From Octopus vulgaris (taxonomy: Eukaryota): a DNA stretch of 64,000 nt. Position 1 is the first letter of the stretch, and the number at the start of each line of letters is the position of its first letter. Both the position numbers and the translations under genes were made by a program. The notes under the pieces are model-generated. The model was given only the letters and a program-made list of their open reading frames with translations. It searched no databases and was not told the origin of the DNA. Location: assembly GCA_951406725.2 (NCBI GenBank), contig OX597829.1, positions 15,128,001-15,192,000 on the forward strand, in the 5' to 3' direction. Shown one piece after another: positions 1-11,179 of this stretch.

Positions 1-519
1 AAAATCAGAAACAAATTGCAGATACGGACTATCCGTATCTAAAATATATGATTAAAAAAATTCGAAAAATTCGAAAAGAGGCTAAAATTTTAGAATTTAT
101 TTGTGGGCGGAATAAATGAAAAATTTTATTTTTTAAATTTCACTATTGTTTTTTAAATTACGTTTCATTTTCTGCTTTAAAATAAAGGAAACGCAATTTT
201 AATGATAATCACCGATTTCCCAACTTGTTTTTCAACTTAAAGGCGTGTTCCATTGTTTTTAAATGCATAGTGCAAAAAACGAAATCGGTCTCGAAGTGGA
301 GAGGAGGGACTCATAAATTTTCAAATTAGTTTTTCCTTAAAAGCTTCTCCCCATATTTTTCAAGAGCGTAGCGAAAAAAAATTTGAAAATTTCCCGGTCA
401 AAACGGAGAAAATCAAATTTATGTAGGTGTGCTATTTTGAAAGTCCGCCAAGGGATTCTCTTGTGAAAATTACACAGCAGAAACAGGATACTCAGCCAGT
501 ATATATATATATATATATA

Positions 520-623
<104 letters not shown>

Positions 624-659
624 CATACACACACACATATACATATATATATATATATA

Positions 660-1145
660 TTAGGCTTATAGGCCCTCTTTATTTGTTTTCCTGTCCTGTT
701 TCTATTCCTTTTGTACTGTATTTCTTGTAATTGTATTTTTATTTTGTATTTGTTTTTAATTGTATTGTTTTTACGTCCTGTTTTTGTCACATTTTTTTCC
801 CTTGTTTTTACCCCTCTGCAAAGGAATTTTATTCAATTCTTTCGCAGGAAGGACTAGTTCGACGAAACGTGTTCTGTCCTCACCTTCGAAATACGCTGGA
901 GCTGAACTAGGGACAGCTGATGTAGGGGATTTTTCCTTGTGTAGTTGTCTTGTACTCTGTTTTTTCGTTGTTAAAAAAATGGCCCGTTCCATGCTGTTTT
1001 TACGTTTTCGTTTCTCGTTGAGTTCTACGTCTATTTGTGGTGTCCTGTACACACGTATATATATTTATATATACATGTATATATACATGTAGATGTAGGT
1101 ACGTACATATATGTTTGTATGTATGCATATATTTTATTTATTACA
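660..1145 (+). mobile_element. Penelope-like terminal-repeat (pLTR-like) fragment carrying a permuted hammerhead motif
   Basis: 3' part (about 900-1140) aligns by eye with 34780-35010 (shared ...gtggtgtcctgtac...gtacgtacatatatgttt); flanked by (TA)n; contains hammerhead core strands. The Penelope assignment is inferred from the HHR association. Confidence 0.55.
868..928 (+). ncRNA. Hammerhead ribozyme-like motif with non-circularly permuted strand order (this copy has A9>U)
   Basis: Stem III CGTGT(868-872)/ATACG(891-895); cleavage triplet GTT(871-873); stem I CTGTCC(874-879)/GGACAG(911-916); core CTGATGT-A(917-924); stem II GGGG(925-928)/CTTC(884-887); GAAA(888-891). Confidence 0.6.
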
Positions 1146-1150
1146 CTATA

Positions 1151-1203
<53 letters not shown>

Positions 1204-1522
1204 ATAAATAGAAAGATAGATATTTTTTATATTTAATACATACACACACATACATATGTTTTACGATACAAATATGATAATACTTCTCGACCACAGAATT
1301 GCCGTTAGAACAGCAAAAGTACTGGGTAAGTTACTGTTAGACAGCGGAAACATTTTTCAGCAAACAGCCATGAATCTGGAACCCACCTCTCCAAGGCACC
1401 CAGTGAGTGCTTTACCATTAGGCTAAACTGCCCACTGACTAATTATTGTTTGTATCGTAAAATACAAATCAGGACGCTTATGAAAAGAAAAACTAAAACT
1501 AGTCTATTTATGTTCATATACA

Positions 1523-1694
1523 AGGCGTAGGAGTGGCTGTGTTGTATGTAGCTTGCTTACAAACCACATGGTTCCAGGTTCAGTCCCACTGCGTAGCACC
1601 TTGGGCAAGTGTCTTCTACTATAGCCTCGGGCCGACCAAAGCCTTGTGAGTGGATTTTGTAGACGGAAACTGAAAGAAGCCCGTTGTATATATG

Positions 1695-1743
<49 letters not shown>

Positions 1744-1975
1744 GTGTGTATATGTTTGTGTGTCTATGTTTGTCCCCCCAACATCGCTTAACAACCGATG
1801 CTGGTGTGTTTACGTCCCCGTAACTTAGCGGTTCGGCAAAAGAGACCGATAGAATAAGTACTACGCTTACAAGGAATAAGTCCTGGGGTCGATTTGCTCG
1901 ACCAAAGGTGGTGCTCCAGCATGGCCACAGCCACAAGACTGAAACGAGTAAAAGTGTAAAAGAGTAAACGAGTAA
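1523..1975 (+). mobile_element. tRNA-derived SINE family A with internal (TA)/(TG) microsatellite
   Basis: A-box/B-box-like head (tggctgtgttgt...ggttcagtcc), body near-identical to 15149-15610 and 48761-49238, (GAGTAAAA)-like tail repeats. Confidence 0.85.
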
Positions 1976-2414
1976 GTAGTTACATATAGTGATGAAGATG
2001 GATTCTCTTGTCGTGAACGACACATGAGGGTTCAGTGAAATAAAGCATTAATCATGTTCTGTGGATACGAATGTGTCTCTTGAGGTCTGCTGGTACCTTG
2101 CAATCCTTTTGGCAAATGGAACGAGTTGAGGACCCAGTTTGCTTGAGTGCTCGTGGATCATTTACTATATGTTTTCTTGGGTGGATTACAAGGCTTGCTT
2201 TGCTTCTTGCCACAGAATCATAATAAGAGGTAAGGTTTCCTGATGCTGAAGTCGATCTTTGAACAGAAGAGAAGAACGAGCACCAGGTCTTTGCATTCTG
2301 CTTTTTTCCTCAGGAAGAAAAGGGAATTGCTTCAGATTGTTTATAATATATATGTGTATATAATATATATGTGTATGCATATGTATACATACATACGTAC
2401 ATATATATATATAT

Positions 2415-2616
2415 ATACAAAATTTAGAGGATTGACCACTAAAAGTGGACAGCCTGTATGCTAGATATAGACGTCAAAATCGCCATTTTCCACGGAGAAT
2501 GTGTTCTCAAGAAAAAATTCCGCAAAACACATTCTCCGTGAAAAACGGCGATTTTGATATCTATATCTAGCATACAGGCTGTCCACTTTTAGTGGTCAAT
2601 CCTCTAAATTTTGTAT
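2415..2616. repeat. Long inverted repeat: 91-bp arms, 20-nt loop, 4 mismatches
   Basis: 2415-2505 is the reverse complement of 2526-2616 except at 4 positions. Confidence 0.95.
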
Positions 2617-3289
2617 GTAAAAAATTTTTTAATCTTTGGATTTTTTAAATATGCTAGGCCACTGGTTTTAATTTATTAATATCAATTTCTACCCTTATTT
2701 AATTTTATATATATATATGTGTGTGTGTGCGTGTGTGTGTGCGCGCGTGTGTACGTGCATGTATATGTGTGTGTATGCGTATGTGTCGGGTGTTTGTGTT
2801 TGAGTGAGTCGACTAACGAAAGAAAATGACCCTCAACACATAAGTTAGCGGTTACGTGTATGATTTGATAAACTTGACTCTATTCAACTTCGAAAATCGT
2901 ACGCTCGTAGAACGAACATTAGCTCGTGACATTGATTCTGACAACACGCTTCGTAAAGATCGACTATTCCATGTCACACTTAATACACCTCTTCCTACTT
3001 CACCCTACTACAACCAGTACTACTAGTATACTATTACATTTATTACTGCTACTAATACATCAATAAGATGTCAACGACAGAGGAAGAGTCTTTAAGTTGT
3101 AATTCGACTTGCTAGAAATCAATATATCATACCCTATCGTCTTACAAGAAATCCATCGGATCATTTCAATTTGGGTACAATTTGAACAGAATACAACTAT
3201 GGTTGAACACAGGTCTCCTTACTTGGGACTAAGCAATTTGTTCTATAAACTATTACTATTAGCAATAACATTGATAACGTAATAATTAT

Positions 3290-3790
3290 TTCCAGTTTAA
3301 GCACAAGTTCGGCGATTACGAGGAGACGTGGGATTATCACTTAATCTGACACCAGTCCTAGACTGATACTTTTTCCAGCAACGAATACTGCGATGCATTT
3401 TCCCCGACACTAACAATTATGTCACATTGACGACTTAATAAATACTAACTGTAATTACGCTTTCAAATTTTGGCACAACGCCAGCAATTTCGAGGAAATG
3501 ACAAGTCGATTACATCAACCTAAATGCTGAAATGATACTTATTTTTTCATACGGAAAGAATGAACTGTCAAGTCAACTTTGGGCCTTGCTCTATACGTGC
3601 AAGGCCTGAAATTTTGGTTTCAGTAAGTCGATTTCATTGGCCTCAGTGCTTCGCTGGTTACTTATTTCATCAAACATAAAGTGATGAAAGGCGAAGTCGA
3701 CATCGGCGAAACTTGAACTCAGAACATAAAGACGGACGAAATGTCGCTAAGCATTTCGCCAAGCGTTCTGACGGCTCTGCCAGCTTGCTG
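3290..3790 (-). mobile_element. Degenerate tandem fragments of SINE family B
   Basis: Reverse complement matches family B head and core (gagttcaagtttcgccgatgtcgacttcgcctttcatcac); tail motif repeated three times. Confidence 0.65.
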
Positions 3791-3794
3791 TCTT

Positions 3795-3818
3795 ACTACA
3801 ACTACTGCAACAAAAACA

Positions 3819-3878
<60 letters not shown>

Positions 3879-3953
3879 GCTACTACTACTACTGCTGCTG
3901 CTGCTGCTACTACCACTACTACTACCATCACCACCACCGCCACCACTACCATC

Positions 3954-4002
<49 letters not shown>

Positions 4003-4051
4003 ATAATAATAATAATAATAATAACAATAATAATAATAATAATATTATTTA

Positions 4052-4130
<79 letters not shown>
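3795..4130. repeat. Compound microsatellite (CTA/CCA)n-(TAA)n-(TTA)n
   Basis: Read directly; the TAA to TTA switch is near 4043. Confidence 0.95.
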
Positions 4131-4134
<4 letters not shown>

Positions 4135-4279
4135 GCATGATAGAACAGCACAATTATTCATCGGGTAATTTGCAAAAACTTGAACCTGTCCCATAATGTT
4201 TAATGTTGTATATATGGAGTAGTGGGGTTTGCTCTGTTGTTTATAGCTGAATGTAGAAATATTTTATTCATAAGATAAA

Positions 4280-4730
4280 AACTGGTGGGAATACCAATCA
4301 CCTCCAGTGCTTGAAAAGGTCCACATCTCACTCCTCTGGAACTTTACCGTTCAAACTGACAGAAAGATAGATGCAAATAGGCCAGACATCATATTGAAAG
4401 ACTTCAGACAAAAAATCTAGCCTCCTTATTGATATGACTGTCCTGATCGACATAAATATATCTGTCAAGACCTACCAACAATTGAGTCAGTTGAAAGATC
4501 TTGAAATACAAAATTGGCAAAAAATTGAAGTTCGAGACTAAAACAATACCTGTTGTCATAGATGCTCTAGTAATGATAGCAAAAGAAGCTGATTGCTACC
4601 TAGCTCAGATATCAGGAAACCCCAAAATGGCAGAAATTCAAATGATAGTGCTCATGGGAACTGTCCATATACAGTCTATGTAATCTCAAATTTTAAAATA
4701 AACTCATAATTCTCTTATGTGTTCTTAAAC
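4280..4730 (+). mobile_element. R4/Dong-clade non-LTR retrotransposon relic, restriction-like endonuclease end
   Basis: Translates to LWNFTVQTDRKIDANRPDIILKD...LIDMTV...KTIPVVIDAL...EIQMIVLMGT with frameshifts. Confidence 0.8.
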
Positions 4731-4739
4731 ACATTGCTT

Positions 4740-5040
4740 GCATAGTGCTTTATCTTTGCAATCTTTCATCCTGCACAGGCCTGACTTTCTTACTTCTAAT
4801 ATTAGCGGTTCTGTGGCATTTTTTACATACCATGCTATGTTGTTTTCTTCTGCTCTAATGTTGTGTTCGCATCCAATAAGTCCCCTTCTCCCTTTTCTTT
4901 TCTTGGTACATACACTGTGTCACTTTTTGGGTGAAGTGTCCCATATCTAGTTACCAACATCCTTCTATTTCTGTCTAAGCTGTTTAGTTCGTCTGTGCAG
5001 AAATTTGTGGATAAAATGGTGAAACCGTATAGCATATTAC
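4740..5040 (-). mobile_element. R4/Dong-clade relic, post-RT region
   Basis: DELNSLDRNRRMLVTRYGTLHPKSDTVYVPRKEKGEG resembles the HPK(A/S)DVDRLY.PRK.GGRGL motif. Confidence 0.7.
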
Positions 5041-5199
5041 TAGCCGATGTACGTCACAAGTCCAGAGGGAATATCAGAGATTCCACGACAATATAGCCAG
5101 GTTTGTCCATTGGACAATTTGCAACAAGTATGGAGTTCACAGAAAAAAAAAATGGTACGACCACAAATCCGAAGGCATCGTCGAAAATGATAAAGCAAA

Positions 5200-5630
5200 G
5201 ATCCTGTGGGGTTTTATGATAAGGTGTTAGCCATAAATTCCTTAGCAGTACCAGTTGTTCTATATAGCTTCGATGTGCTTAACTGGAATACCAGTGAAAT
5301 AATGAAAATTGACAGAAAAATCCGCAAGCTACTGACTTGTAATAAGATGCACCATCCAAAGGCAGACGTGGATCGTCTTTACCTTCCCAGAGCTCAGGGA
5401 GGACGTGGTTTGATCCAGCTTGAACTTATGTACAAAACCACCACAATATTGATCAGATGGGGAGAGGAAAAGAGCATAAAGCTTAATTTAGTACTGCTCC
5501 AGAAAGCAATGTTACTAGGGACATCTTGGATACATAGGAGGGTTCTTGGCATCTAAAGTTACTTGTAGCCTGATATTAGGATTTTTTTCGTTTTCAACAG
5601 TCTAATCTATTGTGTGTATGGGAAGTATAA
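5200..5630 (+). mobile_element. R4/Dong-clade relic: post-RT segment fused to ORF C-terminus and 3' UTR
   Basis: HHPKADVDRLYLPRAQGGRGLIQLE then LQKAMLLGTSWIHRRVLGI*; 3' UTR resembles 28702-28767. Confidence 0.8.
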
Positions 5631-5635
5631 TAATA

Positions 5636-8500
5636 ATTTTTTTCTTTATTGGCCAACGGGGCCGAACACAGCGATAAGGGACAATAAAATCCAAGAGATA
5701 AGTGGGGTTTAGCGCAAAAATTTGTGTACGAAAAATGAAATTAGAACAATTAACAACATAAGTTCGACCATGAAATTCCTCCCAAAATGGGAATTCTACA
5801 CAGGGACAACCACCGAACCCCACGCATCCTGCTTACTCCGACCGCTAGGTGCCTTTCTCCATCTCAACTTTTCCAGCTTACACGTGTACATTCAGAATAG
5901 GCCTATTCACACAGGTCATCCTCACCCCATTCACCCACTTTTTCAAGAAAAATATTGGCGGGTAGTACTCCCCTATCCACTCTTACTTTCTTTTTCAAGT
6001 GGAACTTGAAAAAGTCGATGAGGGCTTTGCCGAAGAAGAAAGTATCTGTCTTCAGTCCACCACACTACCACTTTTACCATTGCCACGAAAACTACATGCC
6101 CTTCCTAGGCAAAATATGGTGGCGGAATGATCTTCACACTGTACTCGGTTGATAACCGGATCTGTCCTACACACGCCAAAGTTCCACAAGTCAGCAATTT
6201 CCGGAAATTGGTTGTGTGCATGCAGAAAGGTTTCGTCGCTCTGCGCACATCTCGGACAGGTCCATCTGACAGCGCTTGCGTGCCACTAGTGCTTGTCTCG
6301 AACCAGCAGGGCTCCTAGGTAACACTGCCAGGCTAGGGATTTCTGAAAATTATCCATAGGCCCCGGCCAAAAAACTTGAGAAAAGACTAGCTAATTCATC
6401 CCACGCGACGTCCAGAATTTCCTCCGCGGACGTGGTCACTCTTGCCCGCTACTAATGCCCGATAGACCTCCAATGTGGAACTTCCAACGACTGCATTGCC
6501 CGACTGGCAGAGGTCTGTAAGCCCTTGCCGATACTCCACGTTCCAAGCACCCTTTCTCGGTCTATTCTTAATCCAGGTCAGTACATCCGGGTCAATGAGA
6601 CAAGCTGCGTAGAATCCTATCTAATAAACGGCGAGCACACCTACTGACTGTTAAGGAAACGCTGGAAATGTCGCAGCCTCAGCGTATGTCTGTGCATCAT
6701 TATCCACGATATGATCTATCCTCCACGAACTAAACACGTCCCTTTCACAGAAAACGGAAAAGCAAGCGGTCTATGTTGATCAGCCACGAAGCAGGGTAAG
6801 GGACAATGGTAAGACGGTAGCAGACGACTGAAGCAACGTACGCATTCGCCATTCCATTCGATCCTTCAAGGAGGGCTTCCTCTATGCCCATTTCTGAGAG
6901 CAACCCTTCTCGTCCCTTCTCCCCAGTTCTTGCTCACCTGGATGTCAAGACCAAATCAGACGCCGAGAAATTTAACCGTTACTTCCTCACTAGCACGACG
7001 TTTTGTTCGTGTCATTGGTTGTTGTTTTGGGGGTGCTTTCTTCTCGTGGGTTGTTGCAGTTGTAGTAGTGTTGGTGGGGTTGGTAGGGATAGCGGTAGAT
7101 ATGATGACGATTGTGGTGCTGGAGGGATTGGTGATACTATAGGGGTTTCTGTTGCTGCTGTCGGTGTGTTTTCTATTGCCTTTTTGTGTGTGTTTGAGTT
7201 GTTGTGGGGCATGATGCTTTAATGCATTTTTGGATTCCTTTCAGTTTGGGGGATTTCCCTTTACGTTTCACTGCATGATGCAGATGTATCTGTATCTGTG
7301 GAATCGGGATGTATATATTTCAGGTTAAAGGAGACGAACAGAGGGAGGTTGTGGAGGGGCTCTGTTTAGGGAGCCCCTGGATGTTTGTGTGTCCATTATT
7401 AATATTCTTTATAATGTTGAATGTGGTGGTGGCGCATCTACTTCTGGCGTTGTTAGTGCTTTTCGTGTTGCTTGTATTGCTGTTGTTGCTGTTGTTGCTG
7501 TTGTTGTTGTTGTTGTTGTTAAGCAACAAGACGGGTAAGGGTGATTAGGTGATGGTCTAGGGCTTAGGGGCGGTAGACCCCAGACCTTGAAAAAAACTAA
7601 ATTTTGGTCGTCTTGTTGTAGTCGAGGGCACTTCATTGACGCCCAACACCACTAGGAGGTGGCCCTCGAAGTCGCTGGAAATGGAGATCTCCAGGTCCAA
7701 ATTCTTGAACGGCGGCTGCTGCTGCTGCTGCTGGTATTGCTGGTGGTATCCTGCCAACTTTTGCTGAGTCTGCTGTTATTATTGTTGATGACACCATTGT
7801 TGTTCTGGTCGTTGTTGGTTGAGTTGTTGAGGCTTTTGCGGACTTCGTGTTGTCAGTAAGGGGATTCATTCATACCCTGCCTTCTATTGGGGGAGGGGGC
7901 TGAAAGCACACAAGTAGACTGTCTCCCCATACAGGAGACACTATGACTTTCTACCCTCATCCGTAACATGTAGCATTTCCTCCCTTGGAAGGTGAATGAG
8001 ATCTAGGATCTTCTAGATCGTGTTTGGTTTAATATAGAGTAGCATTTCGACACTGATCCCAAACCAATTTTCACGACAGATCTGCTTCTCAAGGGTTATT
8101 ATTCTCTTCCAAAACGATACATGACATAAATTTGTCTCCGGTGAACTGCTCAAGATATTTATCCACACCGTCCTCTTTCCGAAATTACGTGGGTGGAGCA
8201 CATATTTTTCGGCAAGGAGCTATGAACCACGGAGTGCTGGGTGACCATAGTTTCAGTGTTGAACAGCAATGAAATACCAACGAAATGCTTTGCTCTCTAG
8301 ATATTCTGAATATTAAACATTATCTTTTTCAGTGCACCTCCCACATCTGCCTAACAAACTGTGTCCAGCCACTGTCTGCTAAGAAAAACACATTTATAAA
8401 TAGCTGTTTTCTGTTTTTCTGCCAACCCCTCCGGAATGATGGCTATGTCCACCCGCACTTTCTCCAGCCTTGTCAGTTTGACCGCTTGGGCCAGACATAT
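5636..8500 (-). mobile_element. L1/Tx1-clade LINE relic, internally deleted
   Basis: Minus-strand AATAAA and poly(A) at about 5636-5650; C-terminal RVKIRVDRGVL...FLEKWV; post-RT NAYVASVVCYRLTIVP; ORF1-like knuckle EGRKS*CLLYGETVYL near 7900-7970; low-complexity ORF1 tail 7000-7870. Confidence 0.7.
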
Positions 8501-8854
8501 ATCCTTCTGTAAGATGTCCATTCTTTACAGCATTGTGTTTTTTCGCTATCGTTATTGCGAATGTATTGTTACTGATGTTGTCTTCGTTATTCGCATAGGA
8601 ATCATTGTTGCCGTTTAAGTTATCGGGGCTACTGCTGTTTTGTTTTCTACTATCATAAATTTTGCTGTTGCAGTGGCGGTGGTGATGGTGGTGGTGAAGT
8701 AGGTGGGAGTCGTGACTGTCATTCTATTGTTGTTGTTGTTGTTGTTGGCTGATGTCTTTGATATTGTCTCAGTTATTGCAGGGAAATCCAATTCATAATT
8801 GGAATCAAACTCTCGTGCTCTTTCGTTGTCGTTGTAGCTGCTGTTGTTGCTGTT

Positions 8855-9221
8855 GTTGTTGAGCGAACGGTCTTCATCCCAGAGCTAGCAAGATGGGAGA
8901 AGTCCGAAACGTGGTCCTTTGCTATTCGTAAGACCCACAGAAGAGAAAGTAGGTCAACCCCCGACACCGAAAGCATCGACGGATAGATGAATGCGCATCC
9001 AGGCTCAGCGGTTGCGTAGGAAGTCGGGGACAAGAAACAGGAAGAAAGAGTGAGAGAAAGTTGGAGCGAAAGAGTACAACAGGGATCGCAACCACCCCAT
9101 GCCGGAGTCTCGTAGAGCTTTAGGTGTTTTTCGCTCAATAAACACACACAACGCCCAGTCTGGGAATCGAAACTGCGATCCTCCGACTGCGAGTCCTAAC
9201 CACTGAGCCATTGCGCCTCCA
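8855..9221 (-). mobile_element. tRNA-derived SINE family C
   Basis: Head ggaggcgcaatggctcagtggttagg...gtttcgattccc, (CAA)n tail; homologous to 11440-11735 and 50765-51130. Confidence 0.85.
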
Positions 9222-9604
9222 CTGTAGTTGCTGCTGTTTGTTGTCATAATGTTAGTGTGTTTCACTGAACTTCGAAGCTCACCTCCCCTTCTATTTGAAG
9301 GTAGAAGTTCGAGTACTGTAATGTGTCTTGCAACTCTATCAGCGATACCTCTTACTTTCTCTTCCATGTTTATTTTAGCAAGGCTGAATTCGCACGTCAG
9401 TTTATAAAATTATTTTTCCAAAATGAAATGAAAATTTTCTTTCTGAAACTACGTCCCCAAAGCGGCACAAACAAGCAAAGAAACCAAACCTATGCAATGG
9501 TGGTGGTTTTAAGCGTTTTGCAACAAAACATTTAATTTTTTTAGTCAAAAATTAAAGCAAAAAACTTACGAGCGAAAAGGCATGTTTTCCGATAGCACGA
9601 ATAA

Positions 9605-9790
9605 TAATTTCAAATTTTGAAACAAGGGCAAAAAGTCGATTACAGTGACCCCAGTATTTAAACAGTATTTAATTTATCGAAACAGAAAAGGAGAAAGGCA
9701 AGAATGACTTCGTCAGAATTTGAACTCAGAACAAAGAAATGGACGAAAGGCAGCTAAGTATTTCGTCCGGCGTGCTAACGATCCTGCTGC
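9605..9790 (-). mobile_element. Degenerate SINE family B
   Basis: Reverse complement matches gttagcacgccggacgaaatacttagc...ttctgagttcaaattc. Confidence 0.7.
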
Positions 9791-10321
9791 TGAGATTGTA
9801 CACCCGACATTATTTAGTAATTTCTACCTGCGCTAGTAATGCCCATATTTGCCTGTTTGAAACCGAAAAATATTCTTTCTTATGTTCTTCGTTTTTCTGA
9901 GTCTCCATTTCTAGCGTGAAAATAATGAATTTGTTTGGTATCACTGTAACTTATGTTTATTTTTTTTCTCAGGTAATATTAACCTCCTCTTTCCCTCACT
10001 ATCTATCTATCAATCTATCAAACTATCATTCTATCAAACTATTAAACTAGCATCCTCCACTCTCTCTCTCGCGCACACGCACACACACACATAGGTTCCT
10101 ATTCTTTTTGAATGCGAGAATTTATGGGACCTGTCAGTAGGATTCGGATGTTGCGAATGAGTTTATCCTTCAATAGAAGAAAGATTGAGTGGAAGGAGAG
10201 AGAAGAGGAGAGAGAGAAAGACAGACAGGCTGAAAGAGAGAGAGAGGAATACGATCTGCAGACGTGCATAAAAAAGGACGACAGCAGTGTAGCGTTGACG
10301 GCCAGAAGCCGGATGATTGTT

Positions 10322-10630
10322 GGCTGCACAACAGATCGTTGGTGTTTGTACCTGGCTCATAAGGGCCGGTTTCCCGGTTTCCTTGGCGTATAGGTACCCC
10401 ACCTGGACGTGACGCCTGTCCGTTACAGGTGAGCTGCAAGATGCAGGAGGAAAGAGTGAGAGAAAGTTGTAGCGAAAGAGTCAGCAGAAGTTCGCCATTA
10501 TCTTCTGTCGTCGCCACGTGGAGCTTAGGTGTTTCGCTCATAAGCACACACATCGCCCGGTCTGAGATTCGAACCCGCGATCCCTCGAGCGCGAATCCGC
10601 TGCTCTAACCACTAGGCCACGTACCTCCAC
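10322..10630 (-). mobile_element. tRNA-derived SINE, family C head with an alternative 3' tail
   Basis: Head tggcctagtggttagagcagcggattcgcg...ggttcgaatctc; shares the family C central segment. Confidence 0.75.
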
Positions 10631-10769
10631 ACAACAGATCTAGGTACCCTGGATTCATAAAGAATTGTTGCATTTATAACCTGAATCACAACAGCAAAAC
10701 CGGCGAAGGTGAAGGAGTTTAGAGAATGATATGGCAGCGTGTTTGGGGAGGGAAGAATACTGGAGGAAC

Positions 10770-11170
10770 CTCTGAAACTTAAGTAGCTCCACAATGCCCA
10801 ACCCTACACAACCAAGTACTTTTAAATGCCGACGATGCAACTACTGCCCCTAAATTAACAATATTATAAACAGCATTAGTCCTAAGACAAAATACTACAT
10901 CACACAAAACTGTTCTTGCATATCTTCCAGCTTTATGTATTGTATGAACAAACTTTGCAGCGCCTTTTATATTGTGGAAACAGACTGACGAATTACTGAG
11001 CCCTTTAGAGATTATATTCGAAAATATAAATAATATATGCTAGGCCAACCTATTGCCCCCCACTTCAACAATACAAGTCATTTCTCCAGTATATGATTTT
11101 TTTCTTTGAGTGTCACTTAAGTTCTTCTTGAGAGATTTGAAGCACGTCGCTAACAAAGCAACAAGGCTTT
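10770..11170 (+). mobile_element. Penelope-like element relic, GIY-YIG endonuclease region
   Basis: CRRCNYCP...CSCISSSFMYCMNKLCSAFYIVETD*RITEPFRDY...QPIAPHFN resembles PLE VIYCI.C..C...YIGET.R.L..RF.EH...PVA.HFN. Confidence 0.7.
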
Positions 11171-11179
11171 TTGAGTTAA

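Noticed and set aside
1-500. Possible Helitron-like 3' end (...ggatactcagccagt)
   Set aside because: The terminus is degenerate and the element is cut by the window edge; not classifiable.
1370-1440. tRNA-like sequence on the minus strand, and similar heads at 9150-9221, 37134-37205 and 47785-47855
   Set aside because: No complete cloverleaf; these are SINE heads or fragments, not tRNA genes.
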